Origin: Eledone cirrhosa
Lineage: Eukaryota
Assembly (NCBI GenBank): GCA_964016885.1
Contig: OZ024755.1
Coordinates: 20,708,001 to 20,772,000 of the forward strand
Reading direction: 5' to 3'
Length of the DNA stretch: 64,000 nucleotides
A program made the translations under genes and the position numbers. Shown piece after piece: positions 27,572 through 39,449 of this stretch. Each line of letters begins with the position of its first letter. The stretch's first letter is position 1. The notes beneath the pieces are model-generated. The model worked only from the letters and a program-made list of their open reading frames with translations. It was not told where the DNA came from and did no database searches.

Positions 27572-27627
27572 ACTGCTATATATATTTCGATGATAGCCAT
27601 TGAATGGCTATGACCTCATCAGGCAGT
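27572..27627 (-). ncRNA. Minimal type I hammerhead ribozyme (HHR1)
   Basis: actgc-CTGATGA-ggtcATAGCCATtcaATGGCTATcatc-GAAA-tatata-TA-gcagt; stem I actgc/gcagt; palindromic stem III ATATATAT. Confidence 0.8.
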
Positions 27628-27690
27628 TGGTCAGTTCTTAGATATGCCAGCTGTGTGTGTATAGTGTTGATGGTATCAGAGCCTTGAGAC

Positions 27691-27968
<278 letters not shown>

Positions 27969-28055
27969 GTAAAAGGTAAACAGAAATAACAACACAATCG
28001 GTACAGTATATGGAAGGTATATATTAGATTAACGCTTGATATAGCAGGAAGAGGG

Positions 28056-28091
28056 TCTTAACGTTTCGGACGCTAGTCCTTCATCAGAAGA
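28056..28091 (-). ncRNA. Minimal type I hammerhead ribozyme (HHR2)
   Basis: tctt-CTGATGA-a-ggac tagc gtcc-GAAA-cg-TT-aaga; stem III ACGT palindrome. Confidence 0.8.
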
Positions 28092-28198
28092 AAGAATGAG
28101 AATTAAAATAGATTGAGGGGACGGGCGGGATGGAATTAGAAAAAATGTCTTTAGATAAAAATAACAAGTCCATTCATGTTGACTTCTCTTGCAAAAAA

Positions 28199-28199
<1 letters not shown>

Positions 28200-28243
<44 letters not shown>

Positions 28244-29123
28244 TATCTATATACATACATATATATCTATATACATACATATATATCTATATACATACAT
28301 ATATATCTATATACATACATATATATCTATATACATACATATCTATCTATATACATACATATCTATATATATATATATACATATATATCTATATATATAC
28401 ATATATATCTATATATATACATATATATCTATATATATACATATATATCTATATATATACATATATATCTATATATATACATATATATCTATATATATAT
28501 ACATATATATCTATATATATACATATATATCTATATATATATACATATATATCTATATACATATATATATATATATCTATATATATACATATATATCTAT
28601 ATATATACATATATATCTATATATATACATATATATCTATATATATACATATATATCTATATATATACATATATATCTATATATATACATATATATCTAT
28701 ATATATACATATATATCTATATATATACATATATATCTATATATATACATATATATCTATATATATACATACATATATATCTATATATATACATACATAT
28801 ATATCTATATATATACATACATATATATCTATATATATATATACATATATATCTATATATATATATACATATCTATATATATACATACATATCTATATAT
28901 ATACATACATATATATATATACATACATATATATCTATATTTATACCTACATATATATCTATATATATACATATATATGTATATATATACATACATATAT
29001 ATGTATATATATACATATATATCTATGTATATACATATATATATACACATATATATATTTACACACATATATATATACACACACATATACATATATATAT
29101 GTGTGTGTGTGTATATATATACG

Positions 29124-29157
<34 letters not shown>

Positions 29158-29195
29158 TATGTATATATTTATACACACATATATATATATATATA
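28200..29195. repeat. (TA)n microsatellite with periodic C (TATC/TACA)
   Basis: Direct inspection; the adjacent tract 27690-27968 is nearly pure (TA)n. Confidence 0.95.
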
Positions 29196-29244
29196 ATATT
29201 AGAATATAAATATTAATAAAATAGATGTTCTTTTGATCAATTAC

Positions 29245-29297
29245 ATTTTATTATACATATTTCGGATGTACAACAGTACGTCCTCATCAGACAAAAT
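29245..29297 (-). ncRNA. Minimal type I hammerhead ribozyme (HHR3)
   Basis: attttgt-CTGATGA-ggacgtac tgtt gtacatcc-GAAA-tatgta-TA-ataaaat. Confidence 0.75.
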
Positions 29298-29443
29298 ATA
29301 ATGATACATGACATACCCTGAGATGTTATTTTATTAATATTTATATTCTAATATTAACTCCGGAAAATAATTTTCCGTAGAGTGCTTCCAATCTACTGTA
29401 AAACTTATTCTTTGATGTACTCATTGAATTTTGTTAAACTCAT

Positions 29444-29502
<59 letters not shown>

Positions 29503-29506
<4 letters not shown>

Positions 29507-30196
29507 AATAATGGAGCTGCGGCGTTGCAAATGGGTTACATATGAAAAAGTAAGTCCTTCATCAGTGGCCCTCCAACCGTCCTAGGAATTTCATCGCTTT
29601 AAGGGCCATATACCTCAGGTTGGTGCGAACAACGGCTAAAAAAAGTCGTTGGGACACGTAAATAAAGGGGACGTTAGGGTGAACAAACAAAATGGTTTAA
29701 GCAACAGAAAGTGAGAAGAAAGAGACAAGTCCCAGATTTCTATGAATATAAACTCGGTGAAATCGTGAACGAGAGAATAAAAACCATCAAACCTGGTTGA
29801 AATGTAAGCAAGGAAGGAATTTCGCACAGGTCTAACGGGGGGAAGAAGAAGGGGGTCTGGTCTGCGAATTCGGTAAACATAAGTTCTGTGAAGTCGCAGA
29901 CGAGAGAGAGAGAGAGAAAAAAATTCATACCGGCTTGGCCAAGAGCGTGCGAGAAAAGAAATCGGACAGGTCAAACGGGAAGAAAGAGGAGAGGTAGTGA
30001 CAGAGAATGAGTGAGTGAAAGTTGAGGAGGAGTCTAACAGAGCGAGAGAGACTGCTAGAAAGGGTAAAGATACAAAGAACGAAACAGACGGGTGGCAGCA
30101 GAGGAAAAAATATGTGTAAATATGATAATAATGGAGCTGCGGCGTTGCAAATGGGTTACATATGAAAAAGTAAGTCCTTCATCAGTGGCCCTCCAA
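29503..30196 (+). mobile_element. (TA)n-embedded element with 74-bp terminal direct repeats (620-bp period); carries structured motif copy B
   Basis: 29503-29576 is identical to 30123-30196; both ends abut TA tracts. Confidence 0.75.
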
Positions 30197-30221
30197 ATAT
30201 ATATATATATATATATATACT

Positions 30222-30500
30222 ATAAATTATGTCCTTAGAATCATTTGATAAGATATACACTCAATTTCCTCTCCCAATTAGCATAATCAACCACACAAAA
30301 AACCAATTAAACCAGGCTATAAGATTAAAAGGCACCTATGAAGAAATAATAGATAAATAAACGATAGCTGTCTATTCGCTATCAACAGCCATAGAATATT
30401 TACCCAGCATTTCAATAGCACGTGGAAATCGATTAAATATATCGTCAACCATACACAATTAGATATAAAATTAAAGTTAGAAGAAAAAATGCATATACAC
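30222..30500 (+). mobile_element. AT-rich repeat family, possibly a Penelope 3' remnant
   Basis: ttagaatcatttgataagatatac...ttcctctcccaattagcataat also at 6110-6180 (+) and 55430-55615 (-); all adjoin TA tracts. Confidence 0.45.
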
Positions 30501-30503
30501 ATA

Positions 30504-30566
<63 letters not shown>

Positions 30567-30718
30567 ATCAAAAGATGGCTAAAAGAGTTCCATGTATTTT
30601 ATTATGCGCATTTCAAAAACAAATATCATCATGGGATGATATTTGCGTTCTCATCAGATAAAATAGGGAGACATGATATGAAGCTTTAAAAACACTTGCG
30701 AGCAGTGAAGTGTTAAAT

Positions 30719-30790
<72 letters not shown>

Positions 30791-30822
30791 ATGTATGTAC
30801 GTATATATATATATATATATAT

Positions 30823-31428
30823 GTCAGGTCACCAGTTGGTGCTACTGGTAACATGTATCCCAATACAACCTGTCTCATGGTCGGGTCGTTGGCGACTAAA
30901 CTGGCAACCCCACCAAGGTTTCTTGGTGAGGAGGGTGACTTTGGACATACTGCAGGACTAAAAGCAAAACCTGTCAAACCGCAAAGCAGCTCTTAAGAGT
31001 CAACGGCCATCCAAAATCACAGGGAGAGATGACCCCTTAGCCTTTGTCAAGGCAGAATTCTAGGAGAAGGAAAACTCTGATATAACACCTGCAACCCTGA
31101 TGGTATCCAATGATGTTGACTTGTTCTTCTTTTTGGTAAATATCATCTTGGTTAAGAGAGTGGGACTGGCTTTGTGCAGTGCCTTTGCTCACTATAAAAG
31201 CTTCACCGCACAGGCATTGCTTTATATCTTGAGATCTCTCTGCACTTGTCGTCACATGGTACCATGGGCCCAGCACTATGTGTCAATAATTGTCACAAGT
31301 GTAGTGTTTGTACCAGAGTTTTCAAGTCGCTGGCTGGACTAAAAAGTCACACTCGTTCAGCGCATCGGTAGGGGTTCTCCTACATGGATATAAAGTAGTG
31401 GCCGTACTCGAAAACGAGTTGGCAGCCA

Positions 31429-31430
<2 letters not shown>
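30823..31430 (+). mobile_element. Longest copy (~610 bp) of (TA)n-targeted non-coding retroposon family H
   Basis: Three copies share the end gttggcagccacc(AT)n and are variably truncated at the other end; ctaggagaaggaaaactctga resembles RTE-type leaders. Confidence 0.75.
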
Positions 31431-31475
<45 letters not shown>

Positions 31476-31476
31476 C

Positions 31477-31523
<47 letters not shown>

Positions 31524-31524
31524 C

Positions 31525-31609
<85 letters not shown>

Positions 31610-31638
31610 TATATATATGTGTGTGTATGTACGTATAT

Positions 31639-31671
<33 letters not shown>

Positions 31672-31760
31672 AATATATATATATGTGTGTGTATGTACGT
31701 ATATATATATATTTATATATATATATATATATAAATATATATATATGTGTGTGTATGTAC

Positions 31761-31853
<93 letters not shown>

Positions 31854-32254
31854 AAACAGAAAGACAAGCTAGTCGTCGTAACCCACAACCAATCCTTTCA
31901 TACTACATACTTCTGAATAAAGCTAGTTATTCTTGTTTCTTGTTTCTGTTTATTTATTTCATGTTTGCGTTCGGGCGTTTGATGTTTTTGTTGTTATTGT
32001 TACCAGTGCGCAATATTACATGTTTCTACTCCTGGTGGAATAGTTTCTTTTGTTTCAATCAGTAGCAAATTGTACCGACAGACAATACAACTTCCTACTT
32101 ACTCTCGAGTCTCGAATAATAGTCCCCCACCCCTTGCTCGCTTATTCAACGTCAAAACCCTCCCCCCGCTTAATAAATTTTGCTAATCTATCACCGGCGA
32201 AATTTTATTTTAAGTAGTCGCATTCCTGCGACAATTAATTTTCTTTAAAAGTTT

Positions 32255-32655
32255 TACATAGAACGTCCGCGGTCACAAGTATGGTGCAATGGTCTTGACG
32301 GGTGCAAATGTGTCCGAATACGGAAGAGCCGAACTCCCACTGTCATCGCCTCCATCTCCCATCTCTCTCTCGCCTTCCCCCATTTCTCTCTATTATGAGC
32401 AAAATGGAGTCCCACGTGCTGGCCGCCCCACGGCCCCGGCGGACAGAATGGAGAAGGCGTTTCCCCCCGGGGGGGGGGGGGGGGGTGATAAGGGAGATGC
32501 ACTGGAAGAGCCATTCCATCTCACATCTGCTCACACCTGCGGCTGGCCAGCTCAGCGCCTATGGTGGTGAGTAGGGAGGTATCCCTAGGGCCAAGGACAC
32601 CAGAAGTCTCCACTGCCAAGGGCACGACCGCAAACCTGTCGGAGAGCGACCGGTT
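32255..32655 (-). mobile_element. GC-rich non-LTR retrotransposon remnant (possible ORF1 fragment)
   Basis: Shares gtccgaa.ac.g.agagccgaactcccactgtcatcgcc with 14356-14400 and a similar terminus acatagaa.gt.c with 13703. Confidence 0.4.
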
Positions 32656-32704
32656 TATACGTTAAAAAACATTATACATGACAAAAAGAGTGCATTATCC
32701 ACAT

Positions 32705-33035
32705 GGTGGTGGATTGGCAGTATCGGTAGAGAGTCGGACGCCATGCTTTGCATCAAAGAGTTACGGCCCTTTATAATCTGAGTTCAAATCCCGCCGAGGT
32801 TAACTTTGCCTTTCATCCTTACGAGGTCGATAAAATAAAGTACCAGTAATGCACTGGGTAATTGCTGGCCTTGTGCCAAAAGTAGAAACAATTATAAGAA
32901 TTACCATTCTAAATCCCATTTGAAATCCCGCCGAGGTTAACTTTGCCTTTCATTCTTTCGAGGTCGATTATATAAAGTACCAGTAATGCACTGGGATAAT
33001 TGCTGGCCTTGTGCCAAATGTAGAAACAATTATTA
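32705..33035 (+). mobile_element. SINE family A, one full and one partial copy
   Basis: Consensus match. Confidence 0.85.
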
Positions 33036-33174
33036 GAAATCCCATACGTTATAATATAAATAGGATGGATTCGGGTCTCAATATCTAAACTAAACGACTT
33101 ATTCTGTTTTTATTTTTAATCAATGGAAACAACCTAGAAAAATTAGAGATTTTCCACACAGACACAGACACGCA

Positions 33175-33213
<39 letters not shown>

Positions 33214-33231
33214 CGATTATTCCACCCCCAT

Positions 33232-36200
33232 CTAATCTAAGGCCTCCTTCGGTCAAGGCTGACCATGGGTAGTAACCTGTTGTCAGCTTGGCTGAAGCAG
33301 CGTCTCCGATGGCTAAACAGACCTATACGTGAGTGAAGGTTGTGTTGATGAGTGATGCATTGAATGGAGTGGCTGGATGTTGCCCTGGGCAGTGTGATTT
33401 GGAGGACAGGATGTTGCCCTGGGCAGTGTGATTTGGAGGACAGGATGTTGCCCTGGGCAGTATGATTTGGAGGACAGGATGTTGCCCTGGGCAGTATGAT
33501 TTGGAGGACAGGATGTTGCCCTGGGCAGTGTGATTTGGAGGACAGGATGTTGCCCTGGGCAGTATGATTTGGAGGACAGGATGTTGCCCTGGGCAGTATG
33601 ATTTGGAGGACAGGATGTTGCCCTGGGCAGTGTGATTTGGAGGACAGGATGTTGCCCTGGGCAGTGTGATTTGGAGGACAGGATGTTGCCCTGGGCAGTG
33701 TGATTTGGAGGACAAGATGTTGCCCTGGGCAGTGTGATTTGGAGGACAGGATGTTGCCCTGGGCAGTGTGATTTGGAGGACAGGATGTTGCCCTGGGCAG
33801 TGTGATTTGGAGGACAGGATGTTGCCCTGGGCAGTGTGATTTGGAGGACAGGATGTTGCCCTGGGCAGTGTGATTTGGAGGACAGGATGTTGCCCTGGGC
33901 AGTGTGATTTGGAGGACAGGATGTTGCCCTGGGCAGTGTGATTTGGAGGACAGGATGTTGCCCTGGGCAGTGTGATTTGGAGCACAGGATGTTGCCCTGG
34001 GCAGTGTGATTTGGAGGACAAGATGTTGCCCTGGGCAGTGTGATTTGGAGGACAGGATGTTGCCCTGGGCAGTGTGATTTGGAGGACAGGATGTTGCCCT
34101 GGGCAGTGTGATTTGAGGACAGGATGTTGCCCTGGGCAGTGTGATTCGGAGCACAGGATGTTGCCCTGGGCAGTGTGATTCGGAGGACAGGATGTTGCCC
34201 TGGGCAGTGTGATTTGGAGGACAGGATGTTGCCCTGGGCAGTGTGATTCGGAGGACAGGATGTTGCCCTGGGCAGTGTGATTTGGAGGACAGGTGTTGCC
34301 CTGGGCAGTGTGATTTGGAGGACAAGATGTTGCCCTGGGCAGTGTGATTTGGAGGACAGGATGTTGCCCTGGGCAGTGTGATTTGGAGGACAGGTGTTGC
34401 CCTGGGCAGTGTGATTCGGAGGACAGGTGTTGCCCTGGGCAGTGTAATTTGGAGGACAGGATGTTGCCCTGGGCAGTGTGATTTGGAGGACAGGTGTTGC
34501 CCTGGGCAGTGTGATTTGGAGGACAAGATGTTGCCCTGGGCAGTGTGATTTGGAGGACAGGTGTTGCCCTGGGCAGTGTGATTCGGAGGACAGGATGTTG
34601 CCCTGGGCAGTGTAATTTGGAGGACAGGATGTTGCCCTGGGCAGTGTGATTTGGAGGACAGGATGTTGCCCTGGGCAGTGTGATTTGGAGGACAGGATGT
34701 TGCCCTGGGCAGTGTGATTCGGAGGACAGGATGTTGCCCTGGGCAGTGTGATTTGGAGGACAGGTGTTGCCCTGGGCAGTGTGATTTGGAGGACAAGATG
34801 TTGCCCTGGGCAGTGTGATTTGGAGGACAGGATGTTGCCCTGGGCAGTGTGATTTGGAGGACAGGATGTTGCCCTGGGCAGTGTGATTTGGAGGACAGGA
34901 TGTTGCCCGGGGCAGTGTGATTCGGAGGACAGGATGTTGCCCGGGGCAGTGTGATTCGGAGGACAGGATGTTGCCCTGGGCAGTGTGATTTGGAGGACAG
35001 GGTGTTGCCCTGGGCAGTGTGATTTGGAGGACAGGGTGTTGCCCTGGGCAGTGTGATTTGGAGGACAGGGTGTTGCCCTGGACAGTGTGATTTGGAGGAC
35101 AAGATGTTGCCCTGGGCAGTGTGATTTGGAGGACAGGATGTTGCCCTGGGCAGTGTGATTTGGAGGACAGGATGTTGCCCTGGGCAGTATGATTTGGAGG
35201 ACAGGATGTTGCCCTGGGCAGTGTGATTTGGAGGACAGGATGTTGCCCTGGGCAGTGTGATTCGGAGGACAGGATGTTGCCCTGGGCAGTGTGATTTGGA
35301 GGACAGGTGTTGCCCTGGGCAGTGTGATTTGGAGGACAAGATGTTGCCCTGGGCAGTGTGATTTGGAGGACAGGATGTTGCCCTGGGCAGTGTGATTTGG
35401 AGGACAGGATGTTGCCCTGGGCAGTGTGATTTGGAGGACAGGATGTTGCCCGGGGCAGTGTGATTCGGAGGACAGGATGTTGCCCGGGGCAGTGTGATTC
35501 GGAGGACAGGATGTTGCCCTGGGCAGTGTGATTTGGAGGACAGGGTGTTGCCCTGGGCAGTGTGATTTGGAGGACAGGGTGTTGCCCTGGGCAGTGTGAT
35601 TTGGAGGACAGGGTGTTGCCCTGGACAGTGTGATTTGGAGGACAAGATGTTGCCCTGGGCAGTGTGATTTGGAGGACAGGATGTTGCCCTGGGCAGTGTG
35701 ATTTGGAGGACAGGATGTTGCCCTGGGCAGTATGATTTGGAGGACAGGATGTTGCCCTGGGCAGTGTGATTTGGAGGACAGGATGTTGCCCTGGGCAGTG
35801 TGATTTGGAGGACAAGATGTTGCCCTGGGCAGTGTGATTTGGAGGACAGGATGTTGCCCTGGGCAGTGTGATTTGGAGGACAGGATGTTGCCCTGGGCAG
35901 TGTGATTCGGAGGACAGGATGTTGCCCTGGGCAGTGTGATTTGGAGGACAGGGTGTTGCCCTGGGCAGTGTGATTTGGAGGACAGGGTGTTGCCCTGGGC
36001 AGTGTGATTTGGAGGACAGGGTGTTGCCCTGGACAGTGTGATTTGGAGGACAAGATGTTGCCCTGGGCAGTGTGATTTGGAGGACAGGATGTTGCCCTGG
36101 GCAGTGTGATTTGGAGGACAGGATGTTGCCCTGGGCAGTGTGATTTGGAGGACAGGATGTTGCCCTGGGCAGTGTGATTTGGAGGACAAGATGTTGCCCT

Positions 36201-36595
36201 GGGCAGTGTGATTTGGAGGACAGGATGTTGCCCTGGGCAGTGTGATTTGGAGGACAGGATGTTGCCCTGGGCAGTGTGATTCGGAGGACAGGATGTTGCC
36301 CTGGGCAGTGTGATTTGGAGGACAGGATGTTGCCCTGGGCAGTGTGATTTGGAGGACAAGATGTTGCCCTGGGCAGTGTGATTTGGAGGACAGGGTGTTG
36401 CCCTGGGCAGTGTGATTTGGAGGACAGGGTGTTGCCCTGGACAGTGTGATTTGGAGGACAGAATGTTGCCCTGGGCAGTGTGATTTGGAGGACAGAATGT
36501 TGCCCTGGGCAGTGTGATTTGGAGGACAGGAATGTTGCCCATGAGCGTGGCCCTCCTCTCCACAACACTGCTAATATTTGGGACCCGTCACTTTT
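33232..36595 (-). mobile_element. RTE-clade LINE 3' fragment interrupted by a 34-bp minisatellite
   Basis: Downstream flank encodes HSRIGLFSHRRRC (RTE C-terminal zinc-knuckle motif); upstream flank encodes RVPNISSVVER. Confidence 0.6.
33375..36540. repeat. 34-bp minisatellite, ~93 copies, with a ~543-bp higher-order repeat
   Basis: Unit ggatgttgccctgggcagtgtgatttggaggaca; no spacers; variant pattern recurs at 34905 and 35448. Confidence 0.97.
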
Positions 36596-36636
36596 AATTT
36601 TATATAAGCTTCCCCTAACTTACAACTAAACTACTG

Positions 36637-36875
36637 ACTAGTTTTAGTACTAACTAGTTTTGGTACTAACTAGTTTTAGTACTAACTGATTTAGTACTAA
36701 CTAGTTTTAGTACTAACTGTTTTAGTACTAACTAGTTTTGAAACTAACTCGTTTTAGTACTAACTAGTTTTGGTACTAACTAGTTTTAGTACTAATTGTT
36801 TTAGTACTAACTAGTTTTGAAACTAACTCGTTTTGGTACTATCTAGTTTTGGTACTAACTAGTTTTAGTACTAAC
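36637..36875. repeat. 16-bp minisatellite
   Basis: Unit tactaactagttttag. Confidence 0.9.
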
Positions 36876-37174
36876 CATTGTTTGGAATAGATGCATCGAA
36901 AAGGAAAGAAGATAAAAAAAATACTAACTTCTACTTTTTCTTCATATATTTCTCCCATCTTACTCTCTCCCCTCTCTCTTTCTATCTCTCTCTCTCTGCC
37001 TATATGTCTCTCTCTCCCCATCCTATATGTCTCTCCTTCTCTCTCTCTCTCCCTCCCTCTGTCCTATATGTCTATTTCTTTGTCTATTTCTTTGTCTTAT
37101 TACGTCCACGTCGTCTGTCAGAATATTGACTGAAGAATCACCATAATCATCATCAGCAGCAATATCAAAAGATA

Positions 37175-37640
37175 TCTGTGTGTGTATATGTGCATATATA
37201 TATGTGTGTGTGTGTGTGTGTATTCGTGTATATGTACGTGAGTATATGTGTGTGTGTGTGTATGCGTATATGTATATGTGTATGTGTATATATGTATGTG
37301 TATGTCTGTGTATGTATACGTGTGTATGTGTCTATATGTATATGTGCATGTGTTTGTGCGTATGTATATATGTATACGTATATATGTATATGTTTCTGTA
37401 TGTATACGTGTGTATGTGTGTATATGTGTATATGTATGTGTATATATATGTATGTGTGTGTATATGTGTATATGTATGCGTATATATATGTATATATATG
37501 TATGTGTGTGTATATGTGTATATGTATGCTTATATATGCGTATATGTATGCGTATATATATGCGTATATGTATGTGTGTGTATATGTATGCGTATATGTA
37601 TGCGTTTATATGTGTATAATGTATATGAGTGTGTGTGCAA
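37175..37640. repeat. (TG/TA)n compound microsatellite
   Basis: Direct inspection. Confidence 0.9.
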
Positions 37641-37928
37641 GTTTGTTTTGACTCAATACGATGAGACTCTGAAGTAAGTCTCATAAGCTACTATTGTTGT
37701 TGCTATTGTTGTAGTTGTTGTTAAAGTTATTTTAGCCCACGGTCGAGGTTGGTCGAGTATGGTCAAAGACGGCTTTTCATTCAGCTAAGTGTGCCTCCCG
37801 GATAACATTGTCCAACCTACCCCTTCTTTCTTTCCTTCCTTCCTGTCTCTTTACACACTTTACAGACACTCGACTAGAACGTACGACCCTCCATTAACCA
37901 TTAAACAAAATTAACCACATGATTAGGG

Positions 37929-38232
37929 TCTTAATTGAAGAGGGGGGACTCATGTAAAGAAAAACCTCAAGTAAAGAGGGGCACCATAGTTTGTTTGTCT
38001 TTTGTTTTGGTTGGGGGGAGGGTTTGCCATATATAGAGAACAAGGGCGTTGTTTCGGAGGGGGTACCAGGGTTCAAGTCCTCTTAATTGAAGAGGGGGGA
38101 CTCATGTAAAGAAAAACCTCAAGTAAAGAGGGGCACCATAGTTTGTTTGTCTTTTGTTTTGGTTGGGGGAGGGTTTGCCATATATAGAGAACAAGGGCGT
38201 TGTTTCGGAGGGGGTACCAGGGGTCAAGTCCT
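37929..38232. repeat. ~152-bp tandem duplication that includes the MITE 5' end
   Basis: tcttaattgaagaggggg at 37929 and 38081. Confidence 0.85.
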
Positions 38233-38537
38233 CCCCCACCACCACCACCACCACCACCACCACCACACTCACACACACTTTTTTCAGGAATGAGAAACAA
38301 ATCAAATCATCTTTTGTTTTTTGTTTATTTGATATAATAAATTCTTTTTAAGCTTATTTTTTCTGAACTTCATTTGAATATACAAAAATTTTTTAATTTA
38401 ATTAGCGTAAAGTTTACTTTATGTGATAGGGTCCAGGAAAGGGACCATAAGCAATACTAACATGTTCCATGCTCCTTTAAGAATCAACAAATGTTCGTTT
38501 GTCTCCCTCACGTTTTTTAAGACAAACGAGGCCCCTG
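38192..38537. mobile_element. hAT MITE, same family as 2670-2957
   Basis: TIRs caagggcgttgttt / aaacgaggcccctg; 8-bp TSD atagagaa/atatagaa (7/8 match). Confidence 0.8.
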
Positions 38538-38799
38538 ATATAGAATGTGTTTCGAGGTGAGATTTGACTGCTATTTCGAGCGGTTCGAACGACCACGTTG
38601 TGGTTCCCGCGTTAGTTCATCGTCTCTTGTTGAGCTAATTGGGTCGTTGTGGTACAGTTTGAGGAGTTTGTCTTTGAGGAGAGTCAGCACCACATAACCC
38701 ACCCACCCTCATCCTATACCTCTCTATCTCCCTCCCTCTCTCCCCCTCCCTTTCTCCCTCACTCACCATATCTCTCGAACCCATATATATATATATATA

Positions 38800-39290
38800 G
38801 AAAGAGAGAGAGAGAGATGTAGCGGTAGAGAGGGGGAGTGGGGTAGAAACAGCTATAGATAGAGAGAGAGGGGGGTAAAGAAATATATAGACAGATAGAG
38901 AGAGGGGTAGAAAGAGAGGTAGAGACAACTATAGATAGAGAGGTAGAGACAGCTATAGATAGAGAGGTAAAGAGAGAGGTGAAGAGAGAGGTGAAGAGAG
39001 GTAGAGACAGCTATAGAGAGAGAGAGGTAGAGACAGCTACAGAGAGAGATGTAGAGAGAGAGGTAGAGACAGCTATAGATAGAGAGGTAGAGAGAGAAAT
39101 AGTGGTAGAGATAGAGAGAGAAATAGTGGTAGAGAGAGAGGTAGAGACAGCTATAGATAGAGAGGTAAAGAGAGAGGTGAAGAGAGGTAGAGACAGCTAT
39201 AGAGAGAGAGGTAGAGACAGCTACAGAGAGAGATGTAGAGAGAGAGGTAGAGACAGCTATAGATGTAGAGGTAGAGAGGGGTAGAGAGAG
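38800..39290. repeat. Purine-rich minisatellite
   Basis: Unit agagaggtagagacagctatagat. Confidence 0.85.
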
Positions 39291-39449
39291 CTAATTGTAC
39301 TAATTACAACAGACTACCACACAGCAGTGTGTGAGAAGAACTGAGAGCTGAGATGGCTGATATATAATTAATTGTCTACTATTCTGTTATGGCATATATT
39401 CACTCACAGCTAAGAGAGAATGGGAAATTTACTAAAGTTTCAAGTGCCT

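Noticed and set aside
29540-29610. Hammerhead on the minus strand (CTGATGAAGGAC)
   Set aside because: No GAAA box correctly placed after a stem II; G-U pairs favour the + strand fold
33375-36540. CRISPR array, or three 950-1100-aa proteins
   Set aside because: Units are contiguous with no unique spacers and no cas genes; the ORFs arise because the 34-bp unit lacks minus-strand stops
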